From positions 1 through 11,105 of the forward strand of contig CAVYAN010000098.1 of the NCBI GenBank assembly GCA_963766075.1: DNA of 11,105 nucleotides, read 5' to 3'. Within the stretch, counting starts at the first letter, position 1. Each line of letters starts with the position of its first letter. A program made the translations under genes and the position numbers. Under the pieces are notes generated by a model, which did no database searches, was not told the origin of the DNA, and worked only from the letters and a program-made list of their open reading frames with translations. Positions 7,622-11,105 of this stretch are shown one piece after another. The DNA comes from an uncultured cyanobacterium. Lineage in GTDB: Bacteria > Cyanobacteriota > Cyanobacteriia > Leptolyngbyales > Leptolyngbyaceae.

Positions 7622-8975
7622 TATGGAACCTTTGATTCTGCCAAGATAACCAGTCAAAGGAGACGAGAGTTGAATTAAAAAATCATGGGCGGTTTCAGGA
7701 GTAGCGAGCTTGTCTTGGTGATCTGCAAAGGCATTGAAACGATTACGAACATCTGATGCCGTAACTTGACCATCTCCATCCTCTTTCAGGGCTTTAACAG
7801 CTTTAATAATGTTCAATCTCACTTTGATTTTTTGCCAGGTGTGATCTATGAACTGATTCACCTTAGCATCTGCGTCGGTACCAAATGGTTCAGATTCAAG
7901 ACAGAGCTTTAATTCGAATAAATTGATTGCGCCAGGATGGGTGGTTTTGCGTTCAACAAGACGTTGCAGAGTTTCAGGACGCATAACGTTCATTTTGTTT
8001 TGAATGACGGCTGGTTCAGCATGGTCGGGGGTGAGGTTTCCACTGGTAAAGATGATTTTGATCGAAGCTCTCAAATTTATCTTTCCCTAGATGAGTGGTA
8101 CCAAGGTTAATTAATTGAGCACAGACGCCATTGGAAACGCTGTCGTACTTGCTCGCTTTGCATTCACCAACAATGGCGAAAGGCTTTTCACAGTAAATAT
8201 CAATGCCACCTGAACCGCCGGTGGCATTCGGATCTAGAGACGCTTTGATATTGTTAAGGCTGTTAGTGAAACCGAGCTGTAGGAAACTTTGGCGAACTCG
8301 TTTTTCAAAGAGATAACCGTCACTTGATTTACCGGATGAAGCAATTGTCTGAATCCAATCGTAAGCCTGATTAGTATTGTTTGTTGGCTGCACATCGGTC
8401 CAACCGAGGAAAGCTCTGATATCATAATCAAAAGCTTTGGCATCAGGAGATGTTTGGGCGTAGTGGGAAATCGTTCTTTGCAGTAATTCAAGATCAGGAT
8501 GCTCGGGGGGCGTACATTTTTCGATCTGATTTTTTCTGAAATTGAAAGATATTTCAGATAGAACTGGAACCTCACTCACGACAGCGATTGGTGATGCTAG
8601 TGCCGCAAATTGCCGATTAAACTTTAGAAATTGCTCAGTTTCAATAGGAATTTTATAAACCCGTAAAAACAATAAAAAATTTGCATTTTCATCCAATAAA
8701 TTCTGGACTTCTTCGCTTGGGATATGAGTAATCTGGCTCAAATATTCTCTATTGTAATGGCCAGCAATCGCTTTAGAGGACTGACAAATTGCCCAGTAGG
8801 AAATCAGACATTCCTGAAAATCAGCAGTAAAATCGGATTGTGTAAGGACAAATTTCTGTTCTTCGCGAATAAAAGATCGCGAAATTGCAACAAGAGATGC
8901 ACCTGAAGTAAGAGCCGAGAAATTATCAGTAGATACTCTGAGGACAGTGGAAACTTGAGAAAATTGCAGCATCAT
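7572..8975 (-). pseudogene. DUF1802-like N-terminal domain fused to a PD-(D/E)xK (Mrr-like) endonuclease, frameshifted
   Basis: ORFs 8016-8975 and 7577-8074 join through a frameshift near 8067-8072 (KDKFE/ASIKIIF). A 2-nt insertion near 7602 hides the terminus WRSDRFYFLRDLVVK*. Nuclease motifs: FEKRVRQSFLQLGF..GGIDIYCE..VGECKAS. The N-terminus has YWAICQ and LFLRVYKI, reminiscent of DUF1802. About 466 aa when repaired. Confidence 0.72.
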
Positions 8976-10878
8976 GACGATACCAAATCAGGAATTTCTG
9001 ATAAATCTAGTGATAAAGTTGAAAGCATAGGAATGCTAGGAGCTAAATCCTGGGAGATTTTCGGTGGCTTTCCACTGGGTTTGCTTAAGATTTCGCGAAT
9101 TAGTGGGTTATCTATTATAATTCGTTGTTCCCTGAGGAAATTTGAGAACTCACTCTGTTCAATTCCATAATCCTCTAGACGACTTTGGAGGAATGAGACA
9201 GCGAGAAGAGGCTGAATATGCTTTTCCATGAGAAGAACCCATTCGCCTTTATTCTGAAGCAAGTCCATGAGCGCCTGCTGCGTGGCTATTGCGCTATTAG
9301 AAATTGGCTTAGAACGGACTAAACAACCTCGGGTTAAATTAAATTTTTCATAGTCATTTAATTTAACAAGTGTTGCCGTTAAGCTTGAGCTACTTGTCTG
9401 CTGTGCTACAGATATACCAATTCTGACGCTCATTTTTCTAACGTTAATGAGCTCTCTTCCAACAATACGGAAGTCGATTCTTCCCTTGTCTCCACCTTTA
9501 GCATTGATGTCCTCGATCTCATTAATTTCAACATTCTCAATCAGTTCGTCAAGACCGATTAATGATTCAAAGCTGAATCGCAGCGCCCTCGAAAGGGTAT
9601 TTTTATCATCTAGATAGTCACCGATAGACCACTCTAGAGATGAGAGTTCTGCAGCAAATGCCTTTTCAATAGAGGGAACTGTATTTATTGGAACTGGCGA
9701 CTTACCACCATGAAAATTATCTGCACACCAGGCTAATAGATTACGAATAAAAGGCATTTCATCTCCCTTTTGACGTAGTTGAGCTTCCTCAAAAGGATAG
9801 ACAGGATGGGGAGGACTAAGCCCTTTGAACTATAGAAGCTATCCAACCAAGTTGAAACCACGGCTACAACACCATCAGCATCGAGTGGTTCCAGTTCAAT
9901 TACTTTCTCTGCAATTCAATCCAGAACCGCATCACCTTGGGGCATAACACGAATTTGTCGCGAAAGTGTTTCAGGATAGGCCGTTGTGATCAGGACCCCA
10001 TGCTGTAAACCATTCGCCAATGCTTTACCTAGTCCAGCCATCACCATCGCGCGTGTAAAACCCTCTTGATTTACTCCCCAGATTGTCTAATTCATCTAGG
10101 CAATCACTACAGTTTTATATTGACTGATTAAATTCAAAATCCTCTGTGCTGATTGAATTGAAATCACGTCATCATCATCAAGCATCGGTAATCCCATAGC
10201 ATCAGCTTGGATCTGTGAGAGCCCCGTCCCGCTAACCAATTGATAGCAAAATTTGCATGTGGCTTAGAAAGTGTCCATAGCAAAGCCTGGATTAGATAGG
10301 AATCATCTAATTCAGGCTTTGCAGAATTGATAATACCGCGAATTTTATTAATGAAATCAAGGGGTTGTTTTCCCTCCGCTAAAGTCTTGGCCATGCGGGC
10401 TGGAATAATTGAATCGACGAGTGCCTGCGGATTAAATTCCTTTTTATAGACTTCACTGATGACGGCAGCAGCAATTTCCTGCCATTGCATGACATCACGA
10501 GCACCGGTTCGTCGCAGACTCAACGCTAAGCTATGCAAAAATTCTTGTTCAACTTTATCTAAGTTGCTACATTCACCCATATAGACTAGAACAGCACTAC
10601 CATCTTTTTGCAGATGCTTCTGGACTCGGCTAATTAGGTGGCTTTTGCCTAAGCCTCGAATCTGCACTAATAAATAGACTAACAGTTGCTCGTTGGTGTA
10701 GTCTTACTGCTTCAATTGCAGCAAAAATAGCATCTGAAGCATGTTGATTAATTGTAGGAACATCAGGAAATGTAGAAGTCCAAATATCTTCCTGCTTTAA
10801 GAAGCGAGGACGATCAAATGGATTTTCAGACTGAATGGCAAGTTGGATCTCTTCAATGGGAGATGAGGTAACGGACAT
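8972..10878 (-). pseudogene. P-loop NTPase (AAA-like), disrupted by 5 frameshifts and 1 nonsense codon
   Basis: ATG 10878 with AGGAGG at 10885-10890. The repaired reading gives NPF, Walker A ADRGLGKS, Walker B VVIALDELD, DAVLD(*)I, HPVYPF, and runs into ORF 8972-9757. About 635 aa. Its stop overlaps the next start (ATGA, 8972-8975). Confidence 0.82.
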
Positions 10879-10913
10879 AATTAACCTCCTATATACAAGT
10901 GTGAAAAAAATTT

Positions 10914-11105
10914 CTACAGTCGCTTTGCAAAGCATCGGAGCCCACTAACCTCAGTGGTTATGGAGTCTTCTATCTTGTCAGGGGCGCTGTCTTCCACACT
11001 TCCACCTTGTAAGCGTAGGATTTTTTCTGTCTGCATTTTAAGAAGCCAAGTATTGAAACTGTCACGCTCAATTCTTTCCCCAATCTCCCGTCGAATCCGA
11101 TAAAT
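10914..11105 (-). CDS. 3' end of a hypothetical protein, upstream gene of the ATPase/nuclease module (5' part outside the window)
   Basis: Open minus frame from the window edge: IYRIRREIGERIERDSFNTWLLKMQTEKILRLQGGSVEDSAPDKIEDSITTEVSGLRCFAKRL*. The stop is 35 bp before the ATPase ATG. Not in the ORF track. Confidence 0.75.
   Translation of the reverse strand: MYRIRREIGERIERDSFNTWLLKMQTEKILRLQGGSVEDSAPDKIEDSITTEVSGLRCFAKRL

Noticed and set aside
7484..7678. 64-aa plus-strand ORF
   Set aside because: It lies in the repeat and antisense to the nuclease 3' end, with no motif.
8972..10878. Programmed frameshifting or phase variation as the explanation for the split ATPase
   Set aside because: Five separate shifts plus a nonsense codon, in runs of only 2-4 nt without slippery heptamers, fit decay or sequence error better.
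10879..10935. Upstream ATG start (10935) for the ATPase
   Set aside because: It overlaps the upstream gene's 3' end, whereas ATG 10878 has a well-spaced AGGAGG.

Overview
Cyanobacterial chromosomal window (petB/petD, ctpA, frequent HIP1 octamers GCGATCGC). A conserved core (petD-petB divergent from ctpA, an HD-domain phosphohydrolase, a NIL-domain 4Fe-4S ferredoxin) is flanked by two accessory regions. Left: the 3' end of a zinc-ribbon ORF, two hairpins, a chimeric gene remnant, an integron-type attC-like site (486-570) and a divergent LysR/SDR pair. Right (about 7570 to the end): an AT-richer, HIP1-poor, minus-strand three-gene module. It consists of a hypothetical gene (3' end only, missed by the ORF track), a P-loop ATPase and a DUF1802-like/PD-(D/E)xK nuclease. 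The last two are broken by 7 indels and 1 nonsense codon but can be reconstructed by hand. This module is the best candidate for an undescribed restriction/anti-phage system. It ends in a 140-bp tandem duplication that preserves a second version of the nuclease gene's 3' end. Family assignments come from recognising motifs by eye; no searches were run.
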